Shown: piece after piece, positions 22,138 through 38,805 of the stretch
Position numbering within the stretch: the first letter of the stretch is position 1
How the letters are laid out: every line of letters starts with the position of its first letter
Source: the human T2T-CHM13v2.0 reference genome, Homo sapiens
Direction: 5' to 3' (one strand)
Length of the DNA stretch: 64,000 bases
Assembly (NCBI RefSeq): GCF_009914755.1
Contig: NC_060929.1
The notes under the pieces: generated by a model
What the model saw: only the letters and a program-made list of their open reading frames with translations
Databases searched by the model: none
What the model was told of the DNA's origin: nothing
Program-made: the position numbers and the translations under genes

Positions 22138-24340
22138 TCCATTCACTCCATTAATATAATTAATTGTTTACTTTGTGCCAGACCCTGTTTTAGGTGCAGG
22201 AATATAGCAATGGACAAAATAGACAAATGTTCTTGGTCTCATGGAGCTGGTATACAGACAGTAAACAAGTAATTTTTTTCCTGGTACCTGTGTGCTCAAT
22301 GATAAACCAATAAATTGAATGGCATCTCCAATGCTGGTAAGTGCTGCAGAAAAGTAGGCAAGCAGGATGAGAGTGTGTGTAGGGGAGGGGAAGGTGGTGG
22401 TTAAAGAATGCTCAATGAGAAAGGTGTTGCTGTTGTTGTTTTTGTTGTTTAAGAGATGGGGTCTTGCTCTGTCATGTTGCGGGAAGTCAGGGACCCCGAA
22501 CGGAGGGACCGGCTGAAGCCATGGCAGAAGAACATAAATTGTGATGATTTCATGGACATTTATTAGTTCCCCAAATTAATACTTTTATAATTTCTTATGC
22601 CTGTCTTTACTGCAGTCGCTGAACATAAATTGTGAAGATTTCATGGACACTTATCACTTCCCCAATCAATACCCTTGTGATTTCCTGTGCCTGTCTTTAC
22701 TTTAATCTCTGAATCCCGTCATCTTTGTAAGCTGAGGAGGAGGTATGTTGCCTCAGGACCCTGTGATGATTGTGTTAACTGCACAAATTGTTTGTAGAGC
22801 ATGTGTGTTTGAACAATACGAAATCTGGGCACCTTGAAAAAAGAACAGGATAACGGCAATGTTCAGGGAACAAGAGAGATAACCTTAAACTCTGACTGCC
22901 GGTGAGCCAGGCGGAACAGAGCCATATTTCTCTTCTTTCAAAAGCAAATGGGAGAAATAGGGCTGAATTCTTTTTCTCAGCAAGGAACATCCCTGAGAAA
23001 GAGAATGTGTCCCTGAGGGTAGGCCTCTGAAAGAGCCGCTTTGGGGGTGGCTGTCTTTTACAGTCGCAGCTGTAGGGATGAAATAAGCCCCAGTCTCCCG
23101 TAGCACCCCCAGGCTTATTGGGACGAGGAAATTCCTGCCTAATAAATTTTGGTCAGACCGGTTGTCTGCTCTCAAACCCTGTCTCCTGATAAGATGTTAT
23201 CAATGACAATGCGTGCCCGAAACTTCATTAGCAATTTTAATTTCGCCCTGGTCCTGTGGTCCTGTGATCTCACCCTGCCTCCATTTACCTTGTGATATCT
23301 TATTACCTTGTGAAGCATGTGATCTCTATGACCCACACCCTATTCATACACTCCCTCCCCTTTTGAAAATCACTAATAAAAACTTGCTGGTTTTATGGCT
23401 CAGGGATGTCACGGAACCTGCCAACATGTGATGTCTCCCCCGGACACCCAGCTTTAAAATTTCTCTCTTTTGTACTCTGTCCCTTTATTTCTCAGACTGG
23501 CCAACACTTAGGGAAAATAGAAAAGAACCTATGTGACTATCGGGGGCAGGTTCCCCCAACACTGTCACCCAGGCTAGAGTGCAGTGATGTGGTCACAGCT
23601 CATTGCAGACTCAAAACTCTTGGGCTCAAGTGATCCTCCTGCCTCATCCTCCCAAGTGGCTGGAACTACAGGTGCACCACACCATACCCTGTTAGTTTTT
23701 AAATTTTTCTGCAGAGGCAGGGTCTTGCTATGTTGCCTAGGCTAGTCTCAACCTCCTGGCCTCAAGCGATCCTCCCACCTCAAATCTTCCAAAGCATTGG
23801 AATTACAGGAGTGAGCCACTGTGATTGGCCCAGAAGTGACCTTTGAGCAAAGACATAAAGGAGATCAGAGAAGAAGCCATGAAGATGTCTGGGGAAAGAG
23901 CTTCTCAGTCAGAGGAAGCAGCAAGGGCCAAGACCCTGATATGAGAGCATGCCTGGTATGTTTAAGGAGCTCCAAGCAAGCTACAGTGATGAAAGTAGAG
24001 TGAATTAGGAGGAGGGTCGTTGGAGATGAGGCTGAGAGGCAACTGGGGTGGTGGTGGATGAGCAGATCATGTTGGATAGACCTTGTAGCGCTCTGAGAGG
24101 TCTTTGGCTTTGCTCTGAATGGTGGATGATCCAAACCATAAATATAGAAGATGATTCTGGTCACCATATTAAAAAGAGATTGTAGAAGTGCAGGGAAGAC
24201 AGTAGTAGAGACGGGGCAACTCCTGCAAGAGATGATTTGGGGTAAGACGTGTGTGATAGCAGTGAGAGTAATGAGAAGTGCTCAGCCACCATGCATACTT
24301 TGAGGCAACTATTAGGTATGCTGATTTGAACAATTTCCAA
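22138..24340 (-). mobile_element. L2 fragment hosting an AluJ (~22430-23830), which in turn hosts a MER11 LTR
   Basis: L2 antisense 3' end (attcactcc…tgtgccagaccctgttttaggtgc) and L2 body (gacctttgagcaaagac…tctggggaaagagc…). Confidence 0.7.
22475..23561 (+). mobile_element. Solo MER11 LTR (HERV-K11/HML-8; MER11B/C-like), 1087 bp
   Basis: Starts TGTTGCGGGAAGTCAGGGACCCCGAACGGAGGGACC and ends …TTCCCCCAACA; AATAAA at 23375; exact 6-bp TSD CTGTCA (22469-22474, 23562-23567). Confidence 0.92.
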
Positions 24341-24456
24341 TAAATATTAGCAAGTAAAAAAGCAAGTTGCTTGGCCTGAGATACTGGGCACACAAAAAAG
24401 TATGTCGCAAAATAGCATATGTGGTACATCATATGTTATTTAATGAGAAATTTAAA

Positions 24457-24503
24457 GTGTGCGTATGTGTGCGTATGAGTGTGTGTGTGTGTGTGTGTGT
24501 GTG
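24457..24503. repeat. (TG)n microsatellite
   Basis: Direct TG run. Confidence 0.9.
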
Positions 24504-26086
24504 TTTGAAAGGAACTGGTAGTAGGAGCTACCTTGGGTCAACTTGCTCTCTCAGGGAAGTAGCAAGATGGAGACTTCATTTCTAGGACATTCCCTTCACA
24601 GAGTAAGACTTTCATCAGTCATGGATAGCCTTCTTAGGGTGTTGAAAATGTTCTAAAAATTAAATTGAGAGGGCTGTACAACTCTGTGAATATATACCAA
24701 ACATTACCAAACTATACACTTTCAATGGATGAATTTTATGGTCAATGAAACATATCTCAATAAAGTTATTGAAGATAATAGCAACACGTCAGTCTTGACT
24801 TATAGATCCAATCCCATTGTCTTCCATCATTCTCTTAGATAATTAAATAATCCCTGGGCAGGCATGTTAAACAAGGCTTTAATATGACATCAGAAGTACA
24901 TATTGCCTGCTTTACTTGATTTTTATTTACAAGTTTTGGGTAATGTTTCTTGATGAGGAATGTGGTAGAGCATGGATAAGCTAGAATCCAAATTTTAGAG
25001 AGCTTACAATCAGTAGAACACACACTGAAAAAACAGAAGAAAACAGGAGGGCAAGTAAATACACAGTAGAGTGATAACAAATTGGTTGAATGAACGGTGA
25101 CTCTAATACCCTTTACCATTATATTCAAAACCAACAATAATTGTTTCTTAAGAAGAAAAACAATCAAAATCACAATTCTAAGGATAGTTTTGCATACATT
25201 TTAAGTGAGCCTAAGGTTGAAGAGCTGTGAAGAGTGATAACACAAAACAGTATATACAAGGCACAGTATATGCAGACATACAAGATTATAGAAGGCTGAA
25301 GTCTAAACGTGCATTGTGGGAAGTGGTTTCAAGTCAATAACTTTTATTCTTCATCTATGATTTTGAAAAGCAAGGGAAGTAGACAGCTATATATAGCCTT
25401 TTCAATGAGTGTGCAGCCCAGGGGAGCATTGTGAGCTAGGCAGGATGTGAGGGTGGGGAGATTTCCATACCATACACAGCATGTACAGGCTGGGTAAATC
25501 CCCTGGCCTAAAATACAATCCACAGTGCTTTTATGTCAATGTTGCTCAGCAGAGGTGGCGTGGGCTGAGCTGCGGTCAGCCTGGGGCACCTAGGACTTCA
25601 GGAAGCCAACCTGATTTCTGCCTTATCTTCTGGCTCTGAAAAGACTACAGTCACCTAACTCTTCCCCTGAGGACCATATGCAAATCAGCCTGCCTCTCTG
25701 CCTTGGGTTGAAAAGGAAAATGAACTGGTATACATACAAAAAAGAAGTCAGACAGGGGATCAAAATAATTTTATTTCTCAACATGATGATCCAACTAGCA
25801 CCGCCTGTCTTCCCCCTCCTATCTCTCATCCTGTCTTGCTTCTTTCCTGCTCCCTGCTCAGCATATTTGGCCCCACTACCAAGCGGAATCCTTCCCTGCT
25901 CACACAGGCTTAGGACAACTTCACTGTCTCCACTCCCTGTTTTGCTCTGTTTACAAATCATGAGATGTCCTGCCTCCGTTTACATATTATTTATTTAATG
26001 TTACATTGAAGAAACTTGCAGCTAAATTCACACACACAGACACACTCGCACCATAATAAAACACTTAACATTAAAAATAAAGATCA

Positions 26087-26377
26087 GGCTGGGCGCGGTC
26101 ACTGACACCTGTAATCCCAGCACTTTGGGAGGCGGAGCCGGGTGGATCACTTGAGGCCAGGAGTTCGAGACCAACGAGGGCAACATGGTGAAACTCCATC
26201 TCTAATAAAAATACAAAAATTAGCTGGGTGTGGTGGTGCGCACCTGTAATCCCAGCTATCTGGGGGCCAAGGCACGATAATCACTTGAACCTGGGAGGCG
26301 GAGGTTGCAGTGAGCCGAGATCACGCCACTGCACTCCAGCCTGGGTGACAGATCGAGACTCTGTCTCAAAAAAAAAA
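26087..26377 (+). mobile_element. AluS with TSD aaagatca
   Basis: Full dimer with a flanking repeat. Confidence 0.92.
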
Positions 26378-27136
26378 GATCAGAAACTGTCTACAGGTAG
26401 AAGGAGGTAACTGATCCAGTAGCTGGGATAAAATGATTATTCTAAGTAAATATTAAATTTAACTCTGAAAAAATACTGGAAGAATGTAAAATAAATATTA
26501 ACATTGATTATTTCTGAAGGATGAGATTAGATGTAATTTTTATTTATTTGCTGGTCTGCTCTTTCCACCAAGAATATATTTTACTTTTGTTACCAGAAAT
26601 ATATATTTCAAAAAATTAGCTCTAAGTTTACTAGCCATTTCAGTCATTATTGTCTTCTACGAATCAAACCAATGATTTTTGACAAATGACATATTTTTCT
26701 TTTATTTTAAATTGGAAAGTAAAAAATCCTTCCATTTTAACATCTTTTAAATTATGTAAATTAAAAAGCAAAACATTTCTTTACCTTTCCAGTTTTATAT
26801 GCTGGAATTTTGATATACAAACTTCCTGCTATCACCATGTACATTTAAACATACATTAATATAAACACAAAATATACCTGGAAAAGGTATAGAACAATAT
26901 GTATGGCTTGTATGTAAAAACAAAACATAAAAACATACAAGCCAAACATATTGTTCTGCACCTTTTCCATGTTAACAATATATCCTGAAGTTTTTTAGGT
27001 TGATACATTATGAATATACATTATTGGTTTCCATAACCTTGTAGTGTTCCATTGTAAGGATGCACCATAGATTATTTTACTTGTCTCTCATTGATGCACA
27101 GAGAAGTAGTTTCCATTACAAAAAAATACTGCAATA

Positions 27137-27478
<342 letters not shown>

Positions 27479-27799
27479 CTATTTTTCCCCCTTAGAATTG
27501 ATAGCTCTAGCAAACGTAAGGTGTTGTTGTTGTTGTTGTTTTCAGAAGAAAGAAGTTATGTAGGTGCCAAAATATTCTGGATATGATTCTTAAATGGATA
27601 TTAATAAACCTAATTAAGTTTGGATGGGAACCACAAGGAAATTAAAGGGCTTCAAAGCCACATCCAAAGAGGACAATTGAAGGATGTCTTTGGCCTGGAC
27701 ACAAGAGGGCCCTGGAGTTATCCAAAGGGCAAGTCCTCGGACTAGAGAAGGTTGGAGTTGTAGGACTTCAAAAGATAAAGCAACAAAGATGGGTTTTAG

Positions 27800-28260
27800 G
27801 TAACAGTAAGAGAGCAATCATTTATCTGATCCAGCAGCCATTCCCCTACCTCTAGTGGCAACACTCTAGTGTTCCTCAGAGAACCATCCCTCCCCCATCT
27901 GTGGATGGGTAGGTCCATGTGGCTGGGTAGGGCTGACTCCACCCCACTCCCAGATCCAGGAGTGTGTCCAGGCCTGGAAAGGGTCAAATGAATATTCCAT
28001 TGTCTTGGCTCTAATGATTGAGGTACCTGCGAGCATATCATGTGAGCTAGGCCAATGACTCAAAATTCTGGGACTTTTACTAGAACTATAAGGAAAGAGA
28101 TCTAGCTCCACTGGTAAGATGTTAGCCCAGCAGCCATTTTGCTGCCATGGAGGACAGCTTGCCCATGCATGAAACCAGCTCAGAACTAAAGAATGAAAAC
28201 CAAAACCTCTGATGTCGTCGTTAAATACCAGCGGACCCAGCAGTGCCAGGTTGAATTGAT
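27800..28260 (+). mobile_element. MLT1 (MaLR) LTR fragment
   Basis: ggccaatgac…tctgggactttt…cagccattttgctgccatggaggacagcttgcc typical of MLT1J/K. Confidence 0.55.
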
Positions 28261-28610
28261 TTTTCCTTTGTTATAGAAATTGGGTTAAATTAGGTTTTTT
28301 CCAACCCAGTTTCAGTTGCGGCCCCAAAGCCCTATATTAATGTGATAAAGGGAATGAAGTACCTCCATCCACACTTGACGCATTAAGAGGCAAAACAGAT
28401 TCTGCCAGTAATAGCGTTCGCCCACCTTCAGCCTTTAGAAAACAAGGCATGAAAATGCAAGAGAGAGAATGTTGGGGGCTCTGTGTTTCCTCTCACCACT
28501 AGCCCACAGGGGAAGGTGGTTGGGTGCTTATCTACCAGAAGCCAACCAAAAGGGACTTTAAGAGACTCTTCAGGGAGCTTGGTGTGAGTCCCAGAGTTTT
28601 GCAGCTATAA

Positions 28611-31118
<2,508 letters not shown>

Positions 31119-32207
31119 CTCTATGACTTATTTGTTACTGATACTGAGTCATTTGTCCTTAGCATGTTTTGTATTCTGGACTCATCCAATTGCATCTCCA
31201 CAGTGTCATTTGTCAGGTTCGTTTATCTCTTGTATTTCCTGTAAACTCGAATTTATATCTCGAAGTTTGATTAGATTTGTGTTTGATTTTGTTTTCTCTT
31301 GGCAAGACTCCCGAGTTGCCAGTTTTGTGTACTTCCTCTTGCTTCACCTCAGGAGACATACAATGTCTGGTTGTCCTTCTTTTAAGATTAATCAGTGTGT
31401 TACAGTGTTGTCAGCTTCATATGACAGTTATACATTTTCCTATTGGCTTTTTGCGTAATAATTTTAACAGCCATTGATGATCATTGCCTACATTTATTAT
31501 TTCATTGGCATTGCAAAACGATAGTATTCTGTCACTCCTTCATTGATTAGTTTCTTGGAAAAAAAGAACTTCCTCATTAAATACTTGATCACTGAATTGA
31601 AAGATAATTCTTCAAGAAAAGCAAGCAATATGTTTTATTTTTTTCCTTTGTTTCCAGTTTTCAGAAAAACAAGTTGGTTCTTCAGCATCCTCCAAAAGTG
31701 ATCAAAAGGTTGGGATGCTTTTTTCAATTCTCTTTTGAACTCATTGTTTTAACATTTTTGCTGTTCTTCAATTCATGGCAATTATTATTCCTTTTGATAC
31801 TCAAATTGTTCCATCTTTGGCAAGTGGGAACTCCTTGAATTTGGCTCCTATGAAGTGAACTTTTTAAAACCAAAACAAACAAAGGGACTATTTGTTTTTG
31901 TTTATGTTTTCCTTAAAGTGAGAAAAAAATATTGAGCCTCCTAAGTTTGCATTTAAAAGTTGGCAAAGATGAGTCTCAGTTAGTGGGTTTGATGGCTCTA
32001 TGAGAAAGAGAATAAAATTACTTACGATGACACTCCATGTAGACTGAGCAAACGAAAGACTCCTAAGTATTGCAACAGCTACTGATGATATTTTGTTTTC
32101 CCGGATGAGAACACTTTGTGAAGTCTATAACTCTTTTCATCTGAACCAAGCAGGTGTAAAATGTACTTTCCTCAGAGGAGTTTGTAGTCTAGTTTGAGAA
32201 GATAGCA

Positions 32208-32660
32208 CTGTATTATCTAGGTTTGCTGGTAGTGACAGAAACCTCAAAATAACTGAGACTTAGAAAATAGATATTAAAAAATGTAATCCAGGGCTGGCAT
32301 GGAAGATCCATGGTCACCAGGGTCCCAGGCTCTTTCTATCTTATACTCCATTGTCCTCAACATTCAATTTCCACCTCATGATACTAGATAGCTGCTTCAG
32401 CTCCAACTGTTACCTCAATATTCTAGTCACAAGGCAGGAGGAAAAGGGAAAGAAAAGGGGATGACAGATCCCACTAAGGAAATTTCCTAGAAGTTGTGCA
32501 CACGACTTCTGCTACATTCAGTTGACCAGAAGACAGTCATACAACTACACCTAGCTACAAGGGAGGCTAAAATTTGTAGTCTTTATTCTTGCTGGCCAGA
32601 TGCCCAGATAACTGTCAGGGATTCTGTTACTCTAGTAAGAAGGAGAGAGTAGCTATTTGG
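32208..32660 (-). mobile_element. MLT1 (MaLR) LTR, MLT1J-like
   Basis: agtgacagaaacctcaaaataact…cagggtcccaggctctttctatct…gctgcttcagctcca…ctagctacaagggaggct. Confidence 0.65.
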
Positions 32661-33499
32661 GAATAGTAGCAATCCCTACCTCAAGCCCATACTCAGAAAA
32701 AAAAAATACTATCTTGTTTGGGCAGTGTATTTCCACACATATGTCTTAAGAATCTCAGAATGGGGGAGGTAATTTAAAATATACCAGTACCGTACCCTCC
32801 TGGGTGTCTTGATTATGCTGGGGCATCCAGTATATGAAATAAAATTAGGCTGTTGTCTGGTAATTTACATTTAAAAATAAACATTGGAGAATTTCACTCC
32901 TATACAGCAATAATTATTATTTCATTTATTATTTATCCCTACCCACTACATGCAATATCTGCTTACACTAAAATCTCTTGATTATTAACATAGTAGAGGT
33001 AACTGTCACACATTATACTTCAACTATGTACTAACTCTAAGGTGACATGTATGACTAGCACCTACCATTCATAAGATGTATGGGATTCAGTCCTCCAAAG
33101 GACCCTCACAAGGAAGCTAAGGATCAGAGAAGTCATGGCTTGCTCAAAGAGAAACAGCATAGTAAGTGACAGAGCTGGGAATCCAACACAAGTTTGTCTG
33201 TTTTCAAAGCCCACATATACTTTGTTTATTATGCCATTCTGAAGGATTCACTTATTTTTCACTCTTCCACAAAACGTCAGGACAGAAAGGCAGTCATCTA
33301 TATGTAGCATTGAGAAATTTCTATGGGCTTTAATTTAAATCTTAAAAACTAATAAACTTCAGCAACATATTTCTTCACTTTAATGTGTGAGGGTTTTGTG
33401 CTCATTACCTCTTTTAATTGTCCAACCCAATTTGGTGATGATCCATTCAACAAATTTTTCTTGAACATCTGTTTTATGTGTCAGGTACTGTGATGGTTG

Positions 33500-33919
33500 C
33501 TGAGTATATCATGGTAAGCAAAACCACACATTGTCCTTACTCCTTGTGCTACATGATTTAACTGCTGGATGGATTAAACCAGGAACTATAAAGATTAAAC
33601 TGTAATCCTTACCACAATTTTGAGTTTACAGTTTTTCAAATATCATTTCAAGCCATTAGCAAAGGCTGTATGTATTTTTTACATATGCCTCCTCGTTTTG
33701 TGAATTTTGAAAGGATGTGGTTTCGGCCTTTGACATCAGAGGAGAAGCTCAGCTATGTTGGCTGAACGTTGATAGAAAGATAACGTTGAAGGCAAGTTGC
33801 CCTTGAGCAGCTCTCTGAAGATCAACTGCCTCCACATTGCATTCTTTGCCCCAAAACTCTTTCCTTTGGTTGTGCTAAGAGGTGATGCCCAAGGTGCACC
33901 ACCTTTCAAGAACTGGATC
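33500..33919 (+). promoter_or_regulatory. ITK: ITK proximal promoter / 5' UTR (non-CpG-island)
   Basis: Directly upstream of the ATG. RUNX cores (ACCACA ~33523, ~33611), ETS:RUNX composite AGGATGTGGT 33712-33721, GATA AGATAA ~33778. The exact TSS cannot be read from sequence. Confidence 0.7.
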
Positions 33920-34057
33920 ATGAACAACTTTATCCTCCTGGAAGAACAGCTCATCAAGAAATCCCAACAAAAGAGAAGAACTTCTCCCTCGAACTTTAAA
34001 GTCCGCTTCTTTGTGTTAACCAAAGCCAGCCTGGCATACTTTGAAGATCGTCATGGG
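33920..34057 (+). CDS. ITK: ITK (IL2-inducible T-cell kinase, Tec family) coding exon 1, start of PH domain
   Basis: Translates [46 protein letters not shown] (46 codons), the ITK N-terminus; followed by donor GTATGT at 34058. Confidence 0.98.
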
Positions 34058-34384
34058 GTATGTGAGCAGTTTCATTTGTCTTTTTTCGCATAGCATTTTA
34101 TGTTTGGACTGGGCTAATGCAAAAATATATACATAGCATAAAATAGAGCACAGGAAACACAAACATGCTTATTGTAACAACATAAAAAGTACAGTAAAAG
34201 TAATCAGAGGAGAATGCAGAGAGCAGTCAAGAGGTGAAATGGTGGTGCTAGGTGATTTCAGTTCTAAAAACTGTAAATTTAACATTCATCAGCTTTTTCC
34301 CCCTGCAAGGTTATGTTTGGTTTTTAAATTATGAATAACATTTTAGGTAGCAAGTATTATGATTCGATAAAACTTGAACTTTCT

Positions 34385-34432
34385 ATGAAACATACTAAAT
34401 TTAATGAAACATACTAAATTTAATGAAACATA
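34385..34432. repeat. 19-bp tandem repeat ATGAAACATACTAAATTTA x2.5
   Basis: Exact copies at 34385 and 34404, partial copy at 34423. Confidence 0.9.
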
Positions 34433-36353
34433 GATTAATACAACACTAGCATTCAATGGGATGATCTACCCCAGCTTTCTTATTTTTTAGTGGAAGAAAC
34501 TGGTGTTTAGAATGGTTAAGTTTTGGGTTCAGTGTTAACGTTTTCATGAATAACTCTGTTTGTCTCAATACTCGTCGCTAGCCTGATCTTGAAATAAGAT
34601 TTCCCAGGCATTTAATTATCTAAAAGTTGTAAGGCACAATGGCAAACCTCTTCATCTCTTGATAGACTTCTTAGGACACCAGGGTTATTAAGAACAAAGT
34701 TTCTGCAGTGCAGACCAGCGGTTCTTACCCAGAAGGAGTATGGCTGCTTTGCTAGGTCAGTCTATCTCTTTATCTAAAAATAGTCTTGTGCTTCTTAACA
34801 TCACTAATAACAAAAGCAACAGGAATAATCCTAATAATGTAGTTTGGTAGAAAAAGCATTGGACAAAGGGTCAGGAGACCAAACTCTACTTCTCAGTAGG
34901 TGATCCAGTCTGGGCAAATGTCTACCTCCTGTTTCAGGTTCTTTCTTCATAAAATGAAAAAACTGGAAATAACAACCTTCAAGATCCCTTTCTTCTTCAA
35001 AACTTCTTTGCTTTATGCAGTGGCTCTTGTTTAGCCCTATGCTGCAATTTTTCAAAGCATGTTTGATTTCTTACTGTATGGTTATATTATTTTTACATCA
35101 TTAGTGGGGTAGGACAAGGATTATCACTTATATTTTACTGAAGGGAAAATAATATTAGGTGCCTGATGGTCACTTAGAAACAAAAGTGCTCCAGTTCTTT
35201 GTTGGAGTCTGACTTAGTAGGTGGTGGCATGAGTTTGGGATTCTTTGGTGTGCCAGGGTTTAAAGCACTTCATGAGATGGAGCTCCAGAGGAGGTCAGGC
35301 TGGGTATAGAGCCTATGGATGCCTCACTTTTTAAAGTTGCAGGTGTTGCATGTCTTTTGTGAATTAAAAAAATACAGAAAACAAAAAAGTTGCAGGCGAA
35401 ATAGCTCTGCCTCTTTAGAAGTGAAAAGAATTGCTTGTCTTATTATCAGACTCTTACTGATAACAATTTACCAGTCAATCAGAAAACACATGGAATTACG
35501 TGCAAGTCCTCTTTGCTAGGTGGCCAGGAGCCCAGTTTGTGAACTTGGGGGATTTATCATGTAGAGCTAATAAATCGCATGGCATTACTCAATGCTTTTT
35601 TGTGAATGGAACATTTAAAGTTTTTGTTTCATATTGAAAGAACAGTCATGTACCTTTAAATATTTTTTTCAAAGTCCATTTTGCAGTTTTCACCAGTTCG
35701 TTTTTCTGATTCAACATAGTATCATCTCATTTAGTTAGTATTAATAATTCCTTAGCCCAACTGCTATTTGTGAACTGATTGTGAATTCAGCTCAATATTA
35801 TTTGTAAGTAATCACAAAACCAGATGGCCTTAATTCAGAATATTATTGGTCATAATTTGCATGTAGACAAGGTTGTAAAATCACCCTACTTCTTTATCTG
35901 AGCATTATGGAAAATTTCAAGACAATTACTTCATTCTGGGGAGCCCTAGGCTACAGTTTCTAATTCTTCCATGTGAGATATAGAGAATACATGTCCAAAC
36001 ATCAAATTTCTTGTTTTCTAATGCCTTTTTTACTCTTATAAATAACATTTTAAAAGTATTTCTTTAATTATTTAATTATTATAGAAGTTTATTAATTAGA
36101 AATTTATCCAAGTTCCCTGAAAAAGGTAATATATGTGAATTATTATTGTTCATGTCTTAGGTATACTACATGGTTTCAGGCCACCAATTTGCACACAAGG
36201 CTGCATTAATATTACTCATAAGTAAATAACATTACACTTATGGGAAGAACATTTTCATTTTTAAATTAAAGGCTTCATTTTCAATCTGTAAAATGGGTGT
36301 GATAATAGTACCCATTTCATAGGAAGATGGCAAAGACTCAGAGGTATAATGTC

Positions 36354-36428
36354 TTTAGGCTGAACTTTTTGAAATTATTTGGCAGATCGAATATCAGATA
36401 TTAGAAGTTTCAAACAATTCAACTTAAT
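36354..36428. mobile_element. Degenerate MADE2-like mariner MITE within a MIR
   Basis: ttaggctgaac…tgaaatt …tttcaaacaattcaacttaata terminal inverted repeats. Confidence 0.45.
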
Positions 36429-37187
36429 ATATTAGGTACTTAGCATAGGCCCTGTCATCTGGTAAGCATCTAGTAAAAATTAACCATTATTTGTATCCCT
36501 TTCATGTCTCTACAGAAGCTAGCAGGCTGTCATAACAATTCATTTTCAAATTATGGGAGATATTCAAGGATTCTTCAAAGTCAAGCTAAGATCAGGGTCC
36601 TGGATTCCTTCTATTCTGTGGCTAAATATAAGTTTTGTGGGGTAGATATACATGCATTATGAGCTGTTTGGCCAGTTATTGCCCCTCTTAGGGTGTCGGG
36701 TGTCAGAGCTTCTTTTTCTCTTTTCTCATGTGTAAAATTATGATTCTTGCAGTTCTCATATTCTATGAATTTATAACACCATATGAAAAATAACCCTTCT
36801 ACATACTCAAGAACATATTCTGTAATTCTAGAAATCAAGTATGTTTATTCTAACCTAAAAAATCATGCCTATTGTCATTATAATACTAATTGATTGAGGT
36901 TTTACTTTAACATGGTTTTAGTTCTGGTGTTCGATGCCTGTTTTTCCTGTTGAGATGTGCAAGTGTTTTCAGAGGGGCCAAGAAGCGCCTTCATCTTGCT
37001 GGAGCAGTGGGCCAGAAAGAAGCATAGATTTGGCAGGTGGTAGCTTGCAGACAGACATGATTTCAGAGGCTCTCCTGTGCCTGTCAATTTTTTTCCAAGT
37101 TGTCCCTGATGCCTGAAATTCTATGACAGAGGACAATGAGAGATAAGGGCACATGGATGTCCTGGTAAATGCTTAGGAATCCGAGTA

Positions 37188-37358
37188 CAGGGCTTGTTGG
37201 AGAGCCCTGATTCATAGTGTTTGCCAATTCCTTTGGTGTAAATATTCCCATCATGGCCCATTTTAAACTACCAATGTGATGTCTGCTGGCTCACAGATTC
37301 CTGAAAACTTAACAATTAGCTACCTCGGGCCAGTACAAGCCGAGTCCAGCACACCGTC
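37188..37358. mobile_element. MER63-like hAT DNA transposon
   Basis: tgtaaatattcccatcatggcc…ttcctgaaaacttaacaatt…ccagcacacc. Confidence 0.6.
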
Positions 37359-38184
37359 GGCAAGCCTAAGTACAAATGATCCTTGGAGAGGTAGCCACCA
37401 ACTAAACAGCATACTTAGTTGCACGTGACTGATATCGGATCCTTTTCAGCGGTAAAGGGAAAATGGAGAGCCTCAGGCACTTTGAGTAAGCACAGGATGG
37501 AAGAGGCAGCCTAAATGGGAATAAAGCATCATAGATTGGTGTGGCTCACGTGGCCACTTTCTAGATGTGGGATCTCAGACCAGACACTTGACCTCTTTCT
37601 GCCTGTGTCCTATTTGTAAAGTAAGGACCCCAACACTACCTACTTCAAGTGATGTTGAGTATTTCATGAGAAAAGTATGTTATAAGCTTTTTACCAATTG
37701 CTACATGGTAAGGTGATTATTACTCACAATTTTGCCCAAGCACCACCTTGGTCTTCTGAAAGCCCCTCTGGAGAACTGGAAAGGTTCTCCTATTTTGATG
37801 ACTCTTTGCCCCTTAGGGATCAAGTGTGCTGTGCTCCTTATGATGTGGGAGGCATTATCATTTACATGGAACAAGAGAAACAGTCAAGATCACCATTCCA
37901 GTAAGCATCTGGGTGAGGGTCTCCACTCCTCATGGCCTTTTCCCTTTAGCCTACAGTCTTATCTAGCAACAGAACCATCTCCTGCTTGCAGCAAGCATCC
38001 TTTCTAAATTAAAGATGGTAGGTGGGGAGATGGTCCCCTTTCCTTGCTTTTGAAAGCATTACTGCTAGTGATCACAAACACTGCTTCTGGAATCAGACAG
38101 ATCTGGGTCAAAAACTAGCTCACATTTGATCTGTGTGATTTTGTATAAATTATATAATGCTGTGCAATTCTCTAAAAAGCTATC

Positions 38185-38805
<621 letters not shown>

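Noticed and set aside
27848-27862. CTCF-like CCACTAGAGG on the minus strand
   Set aside because: Lacks the downstream GGC of the core and lies in an MLT1 fragment; weak match.
33797-33919. In-frame N-terminal extension of ITK in the ORF track (98 aa ORF)
   Set aside because: Starts at a TTG, not ATG, and reads through the splice donor; the known ITK start is MNNFILL at 33920.
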